Position numbers and translations under genes: made by a program
Shown: positions 30,743 to 40,512 of the stretch, piece after piece
How positions within the stretch are numbered: position 1 is the stretch's first letter
How the letters are laid out: every line of letters begins with the position of its first letter
Assembly (NCBI GenBank): GCA_963726455.1
Contig: CAVSCK010000004.1
Location: 416,001-480,000 of the forward strand
Length of the DNA stretch: 64,000 nucleotides
From: an uncultured bacterium
Lineage (GTDB): Bacteria > Zixibacteria > MSB-5A5 > CAIYYT01
Direction: 5' to 3'
The notes under the pieces: model-generated
The model's database searches: none
What the model saw: only the letters and a program-made list of their open reading frames with translations
Told to the model about the DNA's origin: nothing

Positions 30743-32650
30743 GTGACGAATCTGGCACACTTATATCGAAGACTATCCCGGTCGTTCCGTGCTGTCTTCG
30801 CGGTCATCGTGGGACTGCTTGTCCTGTCGCTGACAGCGCATTTTGGCTGGTTCGACCACCTGGAACAAAGACTATACGACATTGGCCTCAATCTTAAAAA
30901 CGCTCCGGTCTCCGGGTCCCAATGCGTGATCATTGCCATAGACAATGCCACTCTCGATAAGTGGTCGGGCCCTCGATTTCCCATCTCGTTGCACCTTGGT
31001 GAACTGACCCGCCTGGTGAAAGCACTCGATTCGGCCGGCGCGAGGGTAATCTGCATTGACCTCCTCTTCGATCGTCTAGAGGCCGCCAAACGCGAAGACA
31101 TCAGTTGCTTCGCCGACGCCTGCAAGAAGGCAGGCAACGTACTGCTGGCTTCTGCAGTTGAAGACACCAGCGACATTCTGGGCGATCGTTACAACTCGTC
31201 GCAACTAAACCTGCCGTGGCCGACTTTGAATGAAGCAGTCGCCGGAGTCGGGCTCGCAGATGTTCCCATTGATTTTGACGGAATGATTCGGCGTGTGGAG
31301 AAAACGGCACGTTTTCAGGGCGCGCTCCTGCCTTCACTTTCTGCGCAGGCAGTGGCACTATACAATCAGGACAATCTCGAAATTGCCTCTCAAGACAACA
31401 CGTACCTAATTGACTATTCCTGGCTCTCCAGGATAAAGACAATCTCAGCCCAGGATGTCATTGATGTGAGTGGTGTCGCCGAATTTGCGCGCGGCAAAAT
31501 CGCAGTGATCGGAGTGACTGACGACGGTGCCAATGATAGTTATCACGTTCCCATAAACTCAGCAAGTGGCAAACCACTTATATTACCGGGTGTAGTGGTT
31601 CACGCTGCCGCAGTGCAAAGTCTGCTTTCTGACAGGAAGATAAAACTCTCGTCTGCTCTAGTTAATCTGCCGCTCTTTGTTTTGGTAGCCGTCCCATTCG
31701 TATTCCTTTCCCAGGCGCGAAGGACGTGGATTACAGTTGCCTGCTACATGGCCGCTGCGCCATTACTCATAGTAGTTTCCGTTTTGGCTGTTCCCTTAAT
31801 GTATCTCATGCTACCCGTCATCAAGTCGCTTTTCAGTCTGGCGGTGGTTATTGGAGTTCAGATGGTTCTTGGGATTACACTCTTGCGTAGAGAAACGATA
31901 TCTCAACTTGCCGTGATCACGGAATTCAGTGAGGATATGCAATCGGCCAAAGTCATTCAACAGCATTTGCAGCCCCGAAATGTGCCTGTGCATCCAGGTC
32001 TCGAAATCGCTGCACTGCAATTGACCTGCAAAGAAGTCGGCGGCGACTATTATGACTTTGTTGAGTTGGAGAGAGGGAAGATCGGCTTTCTTATCGGAGA
32101 CGTCGCGGGCAAGGGAGTCTCGGCGTCTCTAATAATGTCCAACGTTCAGGCGATCTTCCGCAAGGAGGCTTCGCAACAGGAATCTCCGGCAGCCACGCTG
32201 AAAACCATCAACGCCCATCTTAGCACCTTAAGCAGCGCGTCCGGGCGCTTCATCTCAATATTCTACGGAATACTGGACCCGGAAACCCTTCGTCTCACTT
32301 ACAGTAATGGCGGACACTGCCGGCCGATTGTGCGCAACGCCGCTGGCAACGGCTACGAACTGGCTGAAGGGGGCCTCTTTGTCGGGCCGTTTCCCGATAT
32401 GGAATGGAATGATACGAGTGTACAACTCAGCCGGGGAGATCTGCTCTGTTTCTACACGGACGGGGTTTCGGAGGCATACGATGTTGGGGAGCGCGAGCAA
32501 TTCGGCGAGGAGAGAATTCTGGAATTCCTAAAGCAGACTACCGGCACGTCCGAAAAAGTTCTCCAATCACTGTTAGAGGCCTGTCAGTCATATGTTGGGA
32601 CTCGCCCCTTTGCCGACGACTGGACTGTAATCATATTGAAATTGAAGTAG
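30743..32650 (+). CDS. CHASE2 sensor fused to PP2C/SpoIIE phosphatase
   Basis: VIIAID, GARVICIDLLF, IDFDGMIRR, PGVVVHA (CHASE2). TM helices. VGGDYYD, IGDVAGKG, NGGH, YTDG, DDWT (PP2C). Confidence 0.9.
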   Translation: MTNLAHLYRRLSRSFRAVFAVIVGLLVLSLTAHFGWFDHLEQRLYDIGLNLKNAPVSGSQCVIIAIDNATLDKWSGPRFPISLHLGELTRLVKALDSAGARVICIDLLFDRLEAAKREDISCFADACKKAGNVLLASAVEDTSDILGDRYNSSQLNLPWPTLNEAVAGVGLADVPIDFDGMIRRVEKTARFQGALLPSLSAQAVALYNQDNLEIASQDNTYLIDYSWLSRIKTISAQDVIDVSGVAEFARGKIAVIGVTDDGANDSYHVPINSASGKPLILPGVVVHAAAVQSLLSDRKIKLSSALVNLPLFVLVAVPFVFLSQARRTWITVACYMAAAPLLIVVSVLAVPLMYLMLPVIKSLFSLAVVIGVQMVLGITLLRRETISQLAVITEFSEDMQSAKVIQQHLQPRNVPVHPGLEIAALQLTCKEVGGDYYDFVELERGKIGFLIGDVAGKGVSASLIMSNVQAIFRKEASQQESPAATLKTINAHLSTLSSASGRFISIFYGILDPETLRLTYSNGGHCRPIVRNAAGNGYELAEGGLFVGPFPDMEWNDTSVQLSRGDLLCFYTDGVSEAYDVGEREQFGEERILEFLKQTTGTSEKVLQSLLEACQSYVGTRPFADDWTVIILKLK

Positions 32651-33658
32651 TCACTTCTCTGACAAGATTAGGCGGCAGAGATCACGTCGGCTAAATCGTA
32701 GAAAGGGAGCCATGGCCAACTTGCCGGTTTGGCCAACGCTTTTCTCGAGAAACTTGAGCTCAATCAATTTGTCCTTGTCTTCCGATCCTCTGGGAACAGC
32801 CAGTCCTGCCTCGCGCAACAGCATTGCTCCTTTCGCACGAATGGATAGTTCCAGATTAAGTCTCAGGAAACACAGCATGTCAACGATAACATGTGCTTCA
32901 AATCGTCCCCGCAGTCTTTCCAGATAATTGCCGATGCGAGACTCGGACATGTCGCCGCTTGCAATGAGATCGAGTAGCTCCAACTCTTTGTCCAATCCAA
33001 TGCCCAGCCATCTGCGTGTCGCCTTCTCGCTTTCCGAAAAAACTATCACCGTCAACAGTGGTAAGATTGTCAACAGCACAGCAGTTGTTAGAACCGGAGG
33101 CAATATGAACTGATTGAACACAAAGTGAATCACAATTGCTGCCAATATACCCGGAATCAAGTTGGCCCAACCGAAAGACGGATACCTATCCAAGAAGCTC
33201 TTCGACATAAGCGCAAAAATTGCCATCGTGCTCCCGTGCATTGCGGCAGTCCCAAATCCTCTTACGATCCAGACCAATTGGCTGTAGTCGATGTACGCGA
33301 ACAAATAGGAGGCATTTTCGGCAAAGGCAAAGCCCGCGCCGACTGCGAAACCTTGTATGGCACTGTCGACCAGAAAGCCGAGCTTCCGTGCCCGCAGGAG
33401 ATAGACAACCCACACCGCCTTCAGAAGCTCCTCGACAAGAGGACTGACTTGCCTGACAAAATGGGATGGATCAAGCTTCGTGAAGTGGAGCAGGGTGGAG
33501 TTCACCAGATAGGCAAGGATGGCGACGAGACTTCCGACGAGCATGGACGTCAAGATCGCCCGGATTGATACGAGCTTGTAGCTATCCAGAAGAATCAGAA
33601 GAGTCAAGAAGGCAAGGACGGGCGCCAGGCTGAAGACAATGCTTAGGAAAGTGCTCAC
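32651..33658 (-). CDS. prsW: PrsW-family glutamic intramembrane protease #1
   Basis: Multi-TM. EELLK, FAFAEN, GTAAMH and IHFVFN motifs. GTG start. Confidence 0.85.
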   Translation of the reverse strand: MSTFLSIVFSLAPVLAFLTLLILLDSYKLVSIRAILTSMLVGSLVAILAYLVNSTLLHFTKLDPSHFVRQVSPLVEELLKAVWVVYLLRARKLGFLVDSAIQGFAVGAGFAFAENASYLFAYIDYSQLVWIVRGFGTAAMHGSTMAIFALMSKSFLDRYPSFGWANLIPGILAAIVIHFVFNQFILPPVLTTAVLLTILPLLTVIVFSESEKATRRWLGIGLDKELELLDLIASGDMSESRIGNYLERLRGRFEAHVIVDMLCFLRLNLELSIRAKGAMLLREAGLAVPRGSEDKDKLIELKFLEKSVGQTGKLAMAPFLRFSRRDLCRLILSEK

Positions 33659-33668
33659 AGCGCCGACA

Positions 33669-34445
33669 CTATTTTCCAGTACTCAGTGAGTCCTCGAACA
33701 GACCCTCAGCACTGACCAATCTAATCTTGAGATTCGACTCGGCGCTTTTTGTTTTGTCAAAAGTGAAGATATACTGATTCGTTCCATGATGCAGCAAGCG
33801 AATCTCATTTCGGCTCGCACTGAGTTCCTGATGGTGGGCTGAACTTTGAACGAACCCAGTGAAAACAAGGGCGAGTGAATCATACTGAAGCCGCACTTCA
33901 GCAGCGCCAGGCGCATTTACACTCAACTCTGCGGTCACGACACCCCGGCCGAACCTGGTCACAACCTCCCCCCGAATACCGTGCAATCCGATTTCCTTTC
34001 GCTCTGCAATTTCCAGATTGCCTTCCGGGCCTAGAACCATTGATCCTCTCATCTTGTCGAGCTCAGTTTGCCCCCTCTTGACGAATGTCTCCGGCATAAT
34101 TGCGAAAAGCAGAAATCCTACCAGAATTCCTCCCGCGACGCACAAAGTATACTTTACTGCCGGTCTGGGCTCCGCGACTCCAAATATTCTCCTGAACCAA
34201 CTCACCCTCCATGGGTGAGTCTCATGTATTGAACGGACCTGCAGCATCACGTCGTGCTTTAGATGCGTCGGTGGCTCCACCCCTTCTACTTGCTTCAACA
34301 TCATCGATACCTTAGTCAGCTCGTCCAATAGTCTCTGTGCCTCTGGAGTAACGCTAAGGTAGGACATCAAGTCCGTAAGTTCCTCCGGAGCTATGCTATT
34401 GTCAATCTTCTTATGGATCAAGACCAAGTACTTTTTGTCAATCAT
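33669..34445 (-). CDS. Transmembrane anti-sigma factor #1
   Basis: Start overlaps the ECF stop. Cytoplasmic LIHKKID...VEPPTHLKHDVM domain, one TM helix, periplasmic beta domain. Confidence 0.75.
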   Translation of the reverse strand: MIDKKYLVLIHKKIDNSIAPEELTDLMSYLSVTPEAQRLLDELTKVSMMLKQVEGVEPPTHLKHDVMLQVRSIHETHPWRVSWFRRIFGVAEPRPAVKYTLCVAGGILVGFLLFAIMPETFVKRGQTELDKMRGSMVLGPEGNLEIAERKEIGLHGIRGEVVTRFGRGVVTAELSVNAPGAAEVRLQYDSLALVFTGFVQSSAHHQELSASRNEIRLLHHGTNQYIFTFDKTKSAESNLKIRLVSAEGLFEDSLSTGK

Positions 34446-34986
34446 GAGTTTGTACGCCTCGCTTGACAAGTATGTCTCTTAACTGTTTCCTGGCCGAGAA
34501 CAGTCTTGACTTGACAGTCCGTTCGGGAATCTTCAGGACGCGGCCGATTTCCTCATAGGAGAGATCCTCAAAATGACGCAGGATAATGACCGACCTGTTG
34601 TCGGTGGTCAATTCCATGAGTGCCAATTGCACCGCGTCAGACAGCCGGCTCAACTCATACGATTTCTCGGGAGATTCGGAGTCTGGAGCTGACACTCCCT
34701 CGAGTGACTCAAAGTGGCGTTGCTGTTGCAGAAAATTGACCGCTTCATTAATGACTATTCGATATATCCAACTGAAAAATTTGAACTCGGGTTTGAATAA
34801 ATGGAGCTTCTGAAAAGCTTTGACAAAAGCAATTTGAGAAATGTCACATGCGTCATCACGACTGCCTATCATCCTGAACGCCACGTTGAAGAGAGGTTTC
34901 TGGTAGCGATCGACCAGTATCTCAAATGCATCCAGGTTGCCATCAATACATTCTTTCACGAGATCGGAATCGTCCCTTTCTATCAT
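34438..34986 (-). CDS. ECF RNA polymerase sigma factor
   Basis: DAFEILVDRY, DISQIAFVKAF, FFSWIYRIVIN, LSYEEIG, TVKSRLFSARKQL. Confidence 0.93.
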   Translation of the reverse strand: MIERDDSDLVKECIDGNLDAFEILVDRYQKPLFNVAFRMIGSRDDACDISQIAFVKAFQKLHLFKPEFKFFSWIYRIVINEAVNFLQQQRHFESLEGVSAPDSESPEKSYELSRLSDAVQLALMELTTDNRSVIILRHFEDLSYEEIGRVLKIPERTVKSRLFSARKQLRDILVKRGVQTHD

Positions 34987-35013
34987 AAGTACAATCTCGG
35001 CCTCACAAAGTTG
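34987..35013 (-). promoter_or_regulatory. ECF-type promoter motif abutting the sigma ATG
   Basis: CAACTTT-N13-TGTACTT-ATG. Confidence 0.62.
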
Positions 35014-35138
35014 ATCCTCGAAATCTCAGATAATGTAATGAACCGATCCGCTCGGCACACTCGAATATAAGGTCATCACAGGTGAATAAAGTAATCTTTT
35101 CGCCCCGCGCTGGCAACTGAGCGTTTCAGCGGCATATC

Positions 35139-35423
35139 TCACCGCCCGGTAAACAGTTTGTCAAGTCCGGCTATTCGAAAGATGGTCTGTATATGTTGGT
35201 TCAAATTTTTTACTTCCAGCGTCTTTCCCAGCGCCGTTAATCGCCGATAAGTCTCGACGATAACCCATAAGCCGGCACTGGAGATATATTCGAGCCGTTG
35301 ACAATCGATAGTGCCGGAATCATTGAGTTTCTCCAACACCTCGCGTGCGCGTTCGGTCTGCGCTGCATCGAATCTACCCACAAGATAGACTACGTTCCGG
35401 TCGCTTATCTCTATCGTAAACAC
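35139..35423 (-). CDS. STAS anti-anti-sigma factor #1
   Basis: LVGRFDA, LEYISSAGL (phosphorylatable Ser), IFRIAGLDKLF. Confidence 0.88.
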   Translation of the reverse strand: MFTIEISDRNVVYLVGRFDAAQTERAREVLEKLNDSGTIDCQRLEYISSAGLWVIVETYRRLTALGKTLEVKNLNQHIQTIFRIAGLDKLFTGR

Positions 35424-35500
35424 TCTAGCTTGGCAGTCTCTTTCGCAGATTAACTACGTTTGCACCATTGTAATACTTGTAAGAGAAACTGCAACTGGCT

Positions 35501-38500
35501 TTACTTACACCCTTCACACGGCTGTGGGCCACTCGAGAAAATATACTGGATCAGATAGACGACGTCGGAGATGTCAACCGACTGGTCGCAATTGGCATCA
35601 CCGGACGCTACCGGTGACGGTGCCGGCCCGCCTGAAAAGATGTACTGAATCAGATAGACGGCATCGGAGATGTCGACTGCGGCATCAGCATTGGCATTAC
35701 CACAGAGATAGTTCAAGAGATAAGCTGCAAACGTCCGGGAGTAAATTCCCGGAGTTCCGCTTGTAACCGGACGGATGCGCCAGTAATACACCGAATCAGG
35801 CCCCAGCGGCTGCGGAATCTGGTATAGGGGAGAGGTTAGACCAGTCACACTGAAGATCGGCGATCGGAAGTCATAGTAACGATCCAACTGGAACTCATAG
35901 CTATCGGCTGTCAGTCCTTTGCTTGCCAAACCACTCCAGTTGAAGGTCGGTTGGGGATTGGCGGTGGGGTGTCCATTCGCAGGGTAGATCGATGATACCG
36001 GTTGCACCTGATAGTAGAAGACGAGACTGTCGCCCGGAGCCGGGGTCGGATAGTTCCGAAAGGCACAGTTGGCGGCGGTGCCGTCAATGCGGATGCCGGC
36101 GCTAAAACGGGCATCGCCGGGGATATTCGCCCGCGAGGTAATCACCACCTGATACTCGCCATATTGCAGATTGTAGTCGTAGGCGCTTTCGTCCAACACG
36201 CCGTTGTCGTCGGCATCGCTGCGCCAGTAGGCCGAGCCAGCCACGGTGCGCAGAAGTCGGGAGATCACCAACCCGAGAGGGTTCTCAACTCGCAGCGTCA
36301 CGTTGTTGTAGCCGGTAGTCACCATCTCGTCGGGAAGAATCGGATCTTCGGGAATCTCGCTCACGGCCAGCAATATGGGATTGCCCTCCTGCCCGCCGAT
36401 CACGAAGTCGGGCGCGCCATTACGGTCGACATCGGCGCTGATCAGCGCATACAGCGGACTCGTGCCGCTGCCCAGGGCGATACTCACCGGTGCCGCGAAG
36501 CTACCGGCACCGATGTTAACGCTGACCAATAAGGAGCGCGTGGTGGCATTGACCAGACTGATATCCAGGTCGCCATCCTTGTCAACATCCGCCAATGCTA
36601 AATTGAGCGCCGTGCCAACGATGCGAAGCGTGTCGCTGCTACCAACGCCGCCACTGCCGTTGCCCAGTGCAATGGTCACGACGCTGGTGTCATTCGTCCC
36701 GACCGTGTTGCCGGTCACGGTCACAAAATCGGAGTTGCCATCATGGTTCAAGTCCATACCGGCGACGATACTGGAGAAATCGTGCGCTAGATAACCAATG
36801 CGCAGCGCCGCCGAGCGCGTCATATTGCCGCTGCCGTTGTTCACATAGACTACTGCCGAATCACCTGAGGTGACAACGATGTCATCCGTCCCATTGCGGT
36901 CAAAGTCGCCGACTTCGACCGCGTCAAACGAGAATGGTAGAGTCATCGAAGTCGGGAAGCTTCCGCTGCCGTCCCCAAAGAGAATCTTGTTCTCGCTGAC
37001 CACGGCATCCAGATACGCATCGCCATTGAAGTACCCGGTGGCGATCGATGGAAAGACGCCACTGCGCTCAGTGTTCGAGCCCCAGCTTGATGAAAGACTT
37101 ACGGTCTGCGAGTCAATGCTGAAAGTGCGATTGCCGTTGTTGAGCAGAAGATAGACCTTCCCCGGCGTGTGAGCGACAATATCCAACAGGGAATCACCGT
37201 CGACGAAATCGACAGCCAATGCGGCCTTGGTCACCTTCAGGTAATTGCGCGGTGTCTCCAAAGTGCCGTCTGCCTTGCCATAAGCAATGTACAGACTATC
37301 CGACGTGTTGCCGGTATAGACCACATCCGCATAGTTGTCACCGTCAATGTCGGCCTGCCTGACATAAAAGACATCGGCCGTGTCGGGGGTCGGCGTGATC
37401 AGATATTCCTGAGATAATACCTCGACACTGATGTTATCGAGCCAGGCATCGGCAGTGACGGTTGTATAGGCGGCAAATCCCAGTTCCTGCAATTGATTAG
37501 GGACTATACTGGCATCGCTGACAACAGCATCGCAGACGACACTCCCGTCAGCGATCTTGACCGATTTGAATTGCAGTTGACCATCCCAGATCGTGACGGT
37601 ATTGCGATAGGCGGTATAGTCCACCGGGTATGCCTGTGTATAAAGAGGGTTATCCGGCGGATGTCCGCAATCATCAAAAATCCTTACGTCTGGCTGTCCC
37701 GGGCGCCAAATGCCGATCCCTACTCCCACAGTCACATGACAAGTACCCATCAGAAGATGTATACTGGTGCTCATTCCAGGATTGCTGTACGCAACATTGC
37801 CATCCCATTGCAGCTTGAATCCAATGGCGCTTCCCGACGGCGGTGGTGGAACCGTCCCCGTTCTTACTAGCTCCCAGTAGGCGTCGGTGTGATAAGCGTT
37901 AAGCTGGCCGTTCTGCAAGCCACCTGATCCATTGTGCTGGACTAGCTGCCACCCGGCAGGTACCTGGTTGTCATTTAGATCATAGGACTCGTTGCTGAAG
38001 TAGTTCTGTCCCGGCGGGTAGAAGCTTAGTCTGGATACAAACGCGTCGAAGCCACCATTGTAGCTCCCGTCGTACGCGCCCTGAGTTGTGGGGAAATGAG
38101 CAGATGTCGTGTAACCTGTCACATAAGCATTGCCACCGCCATCGACTGCAATAGCAGTAGCTTCATCGTGGCTTTCCCCGCCGAGGTAAGTGCTGTAGAT
38201 CAGGCTGCTCCCGGATGCGGAGAGCTTGGTGGCAAAAACATCAGCGGTGTCTCGATCAGTTTGGTAAGAGTTCAAAGTAGGAAAATCAGTTGACCAAGTT
38301 ACACCACCTAGTAATACGTTGCCACTGCTATCGAGAGCGACACCGTACGCAGCATCGTCGCCATTTCCACCAAGGTAAGTACAGTAGTTCAGCGTAGTGC
38401 CTGTCGAGTTCAATTGAGCCACGAACACATCTGCGCAACCCTGAAACGTTTGGTAGGGATTTTGAGTAGGGAAATTGGTTGATCGGGTATAGCCCGTCAC

Positions 38501-40129
38501 ATAAGCGTTGCCGCTGCCGTCGACTTCTATATCGTGGCCTGCATCGGCACTGTCTCCTCCAAGATAGGTGCTATAAACCAGCGCGTTTCCAGTTACACTC
38601 ATCTTGGTCACGAAAACATCAGTGGCGCCTTGGTCAGATTGAAGCGGATTTTCGGTCGGAAAGTCGACCGAGCCTGTGTGGCCAGTCACAAATGCGCTGC
38701 CACCCTGAACTGCAACGCTGGTGCCCCAATCGTAGCTGCTGCCACCAAGGTAGGTACAGTAATTCAGTGCGCTACCGCTTGGACTCATCTTGATGACATA
38801 TGCATCACCGTTGCCCCCGTAAGTTTGATAAGGATTCTCAGTCGGCAAGTCGGCTGAGAACGTAAGGCCCGTCACATAGGCACTGCCGCTCTCGTCTATA
38901 GCGATACTGCTGGGAGAGTCATCATCAGTTCCGCCAACATAAGTACTGTAAAGCATCGCATTGCCGGCGCTGTTTAATTTTGTAACTGCAACGTCGTAAA
39001 TGCCTTGGAATGTCTGGTATGGGTCCTGGATCGGGAAGTCGGTCGAATTGGTTCCGCTCGCTATGTAAACACATCCTAACCTGTCTACGGCTATACCCCT
39101 TCCCCCATCGCTGCCACTTCCCCCAATGTAAGTACTGTAAATTAGGCCGTCATTAGAACTGCTCAGTTTGGTAACGAATGCATCCGGACCTCCTTGGTCT
39201 GTCTGATAAGGATATTGGCCCGGGTAATTAGTGGACGTCGTATAACCTGTCAAGTATACTTGATTGATACTGTCAACTGCCACAGCACTGCTAGCATCGA
39301 ACCCGCTTCCGCCAAGATAAGTGCTGTAAGACAAAACAACTGACTGCGTCCCCAACGCCTGCCGACTTGAGGCTTGAGATCTGAATCCAATCGTCTTTTC
39401 CTCTGCCAGTGAGAGAGTAGCCGTGCCCGACAAATCACCATCCGCGGGGGCCTTGACAGCAGCCACCATGTCACCCCATTTCGTCCGCAGAATCATTCTG
39501 CCATCCGCATCAATTAAATTCTGTTCCGCTCCCTCGTATTCAACCTTGACCAGCGCCATATCCGCCCCCGGATTTGCGACAAACTCGTACGCTGCCTGAC
39601 CGTTACCGTCGCCGGAGTATTTCAGGTCGATTCCCGGATAGATGTCTTTGAGCGTGATCGACTCGTAGTTGGGCACGTCAGTGTGCCACTTGGCAGGGTC
39701 ATTGCCGATGAAGTAGTTGCACTTGTACTCCAACTCCCCTTCGGCGACAACCTCTGGATTCGGATTCGCCCCATTGAATCTGGCGATCAACACCAGCTGC
39801 TCGATGCTGTCCGGCTCCATTTCATTCCCGCGTCCCATGTCATTCCCGCGCAGGCGGGAATCCAGTCCTGCCACAGGGTCTTTGCCATTCCTGTCGTTAG
39901 ATCGGGTGAACTGATAAGTCACCCCGTCTTTTGTGAACCACATCGTGGCGCCGCCGGCGTTGGCGCGGAACAGCACTCGGCTATCCCACTGGCCCATGTT
40001 CTTCGTGAAAGTCAACGGCGTCTGGTTCAGTTGCTGAATCGTGGAGGAGCCCGGCGAACTAGCTGCCAACAGAGTGAGCTGTATCAACATCAACAAGACC
40101 AACAGGGTCAGGGCGTTTTTGCAGAACAC
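35501..40129 (-). CDS. Large secreted protein: SBBP repeats, central beta domain, FG-GAP/VCBS repeats, dockerin
   Basis: GTG at 40129 with GGAGG RBS, signal peptide, YSTYLGG repeats, DxDGDxxxD FG-GAP repeats, VYYWRIRP, ends GPQPCEGCK. Confidence 0.87.
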   Translation of the reverse strand: MFCKNALTLLVLLMLIQLTLLAASSPGSSTIQQLNQTPLTFTKNMGQWDSRVLFRANAGGATMWFTKDGVTYQFTRSNDRNGKDPVAGLDSRLRGNDMGRGNEMEPDSIEQLVLIARFNGANPNPEVVAEGELEYKCNYFIGNDPAKWHTDVPNYESITLKDIYPGIDLKYSGDGNGQAAYEFVANPGADMALVKVEYEGAEQNLIDADGRMILRTKWGDMVAAVKAPADGDLSGTATLSLAEEKTIGFRSQASSRQALGTQSVVLSYSTYLGGSGFDASSAVAVDSINQVYLTGYTTSTNYPGQYPYQTDQGGPDAFVTKLSSSNDGLIYSTYIGGSGSDGGRGIAVDRLGCVYIASGTNSTDFPIQDPYQTFQGIYDVAVTKLNSAGNAMLYSTYVGGTDDDSPSSIAIDESGSAYVTGLTFSADLPTENPYQTYGGNGDAYVIKMSPSGSALNYCTYLGGSSYDWGTSVAVQGGSAFVTGHTGSVDFPTENPLQSDQGATDVFVTKMSVTGNALVYSTYLGGDSADAGHDIEVDGSGNAYVTGYTRSTNFPTQNPYQTFQGCADVFVAQLNSTGTTLNYCTYLGGNGDDAAYGVALDSSGNVLLGGVTWSTDFPTLNSYQTDRDTADVFATKLSASGSSLIYSTYLGGESHDEATAIAVDGGGNAYVTGYTTSAHFPTTQGAYDGSYNGGFDAFVSRLSFYPPGQNYFSNESYDLNDNQVPAGWQLVQHNGSGGLQNGQLNAYHTDAYWELVRTGTVPPPPSGSAIGFKLQWDGNVAYSNPGMSTSIHLLMGTCHVTVGVGIGIWRPGQPDVRIFDDCGHPPDNPLYTQAYPVDYTAYRNTVTIWDGQLQFKSVKIADGSVVCDAVVSDASIVPNQLQELGFAAYTTVTADAWLDNISVEVLSQEYLITPTPDTADVFYVRQADIDGDNYADVVYTGNTSDSLYIAYGKADGTLETPRNYLKVTKAALAVDFVDGDSLLDIVAHTPGKVYLLLNNGNRTFSIDSQTVSLSSSWGSNTERSGVFPSIATGYFNGDAYLDAVVSENKILFGDGSGSFPTSMTLPFSFDAVEVGDFDRNGTDDIVVTSGDSAVVYVNNGSGNMTRSAALRIGYLAHDFSSIVAGMDLNHDGNSDFVTVTGNTVGTNDTSVVTIALGNGSGGVGSSDTLRIVGTALNLALADVDKDGDLDISLVNATTRSLLVSVNIGAGSFAAPVSIALGSGTSPLYALISADVDRNGAPDFVIGGQEGNPILLAVSEIPEDPILPDEMVTTGYNNVTLRVENPLGLVISRLLRTVAGSAYWRSDADDNGVLDESAYDYNLQYGEYQVVITSRANIPGDARFSAGIRIDGTAANCAFRNYPTPAPGDSLVFYYQVQPVSSIYPANGHPTANPQPTFNWSGLASKGLTADSYEFQLDRYYDFRSPIFSVTGLTSPLYQIPQPLGPDSVYYWRIRPVTSGTPGIYSRTFAAYLLNYLCGNANADAAVDISDAVYLIQYIFSGGPAPSPVASGDANCDQSVDISDVVYLIQYIFSSGPQPCEGCK
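39822..39865. repeat. REP/dRS3-like palindrome embedded in-frame in a CDS
   Basis: GTCATTCCCGCGCAGGCGGGAATCCAG (ATTCCC-N8-GGGAAT) at 39839-39865, plus a partial copy TCATTCCCGCG at 39822. Encodes LDSRLRGND. Confidence 0.75.
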
Positions 40130-40512
40130 GATTGCCTCCCTAAGATGCGAACGTGAGACGTTGCTATGTTTTGTCAGATCGTAAGATAGCACGATTAGAC
40201 CAGTTTGTCCAGCGAATTCATGCCCTCGGCACTTGCTGCCCTCCGGCGGTAAGCCGCCGTCTGCCTTGGCGATGAGTCGCCCGATTGCCCGCGTAAGCAG
40301 CAAGAGTATCACCGGCTCAGAAGAACGATGTGGTCCAGTCGCAAGAGGGTGAAGGTGGTTTGAACCGCACGACTAGTTCCCAGCCGTCCCGGGGCCGATT
40401 GCATCGCACCGTTATTGAACTTGTTCTCTGTCCGGCATTCTGTAAATTGATCATGACTGAAAGAGTACGGTCCCCGAGACCAGCAGATCACTCGAATCGA
40501 AGAGGGCAGAGT

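Noticed and set aside
40130-40512. N-terminal extensions of ORFs 35501-40312 and 40330-41787 (likewise 22270, 4776, 57637, 62022)
   Set aside because: RBS position, signal peptides or domain boundaries favour downstream starts (40129, 40513, 22105, 4830, 57694, 62193).
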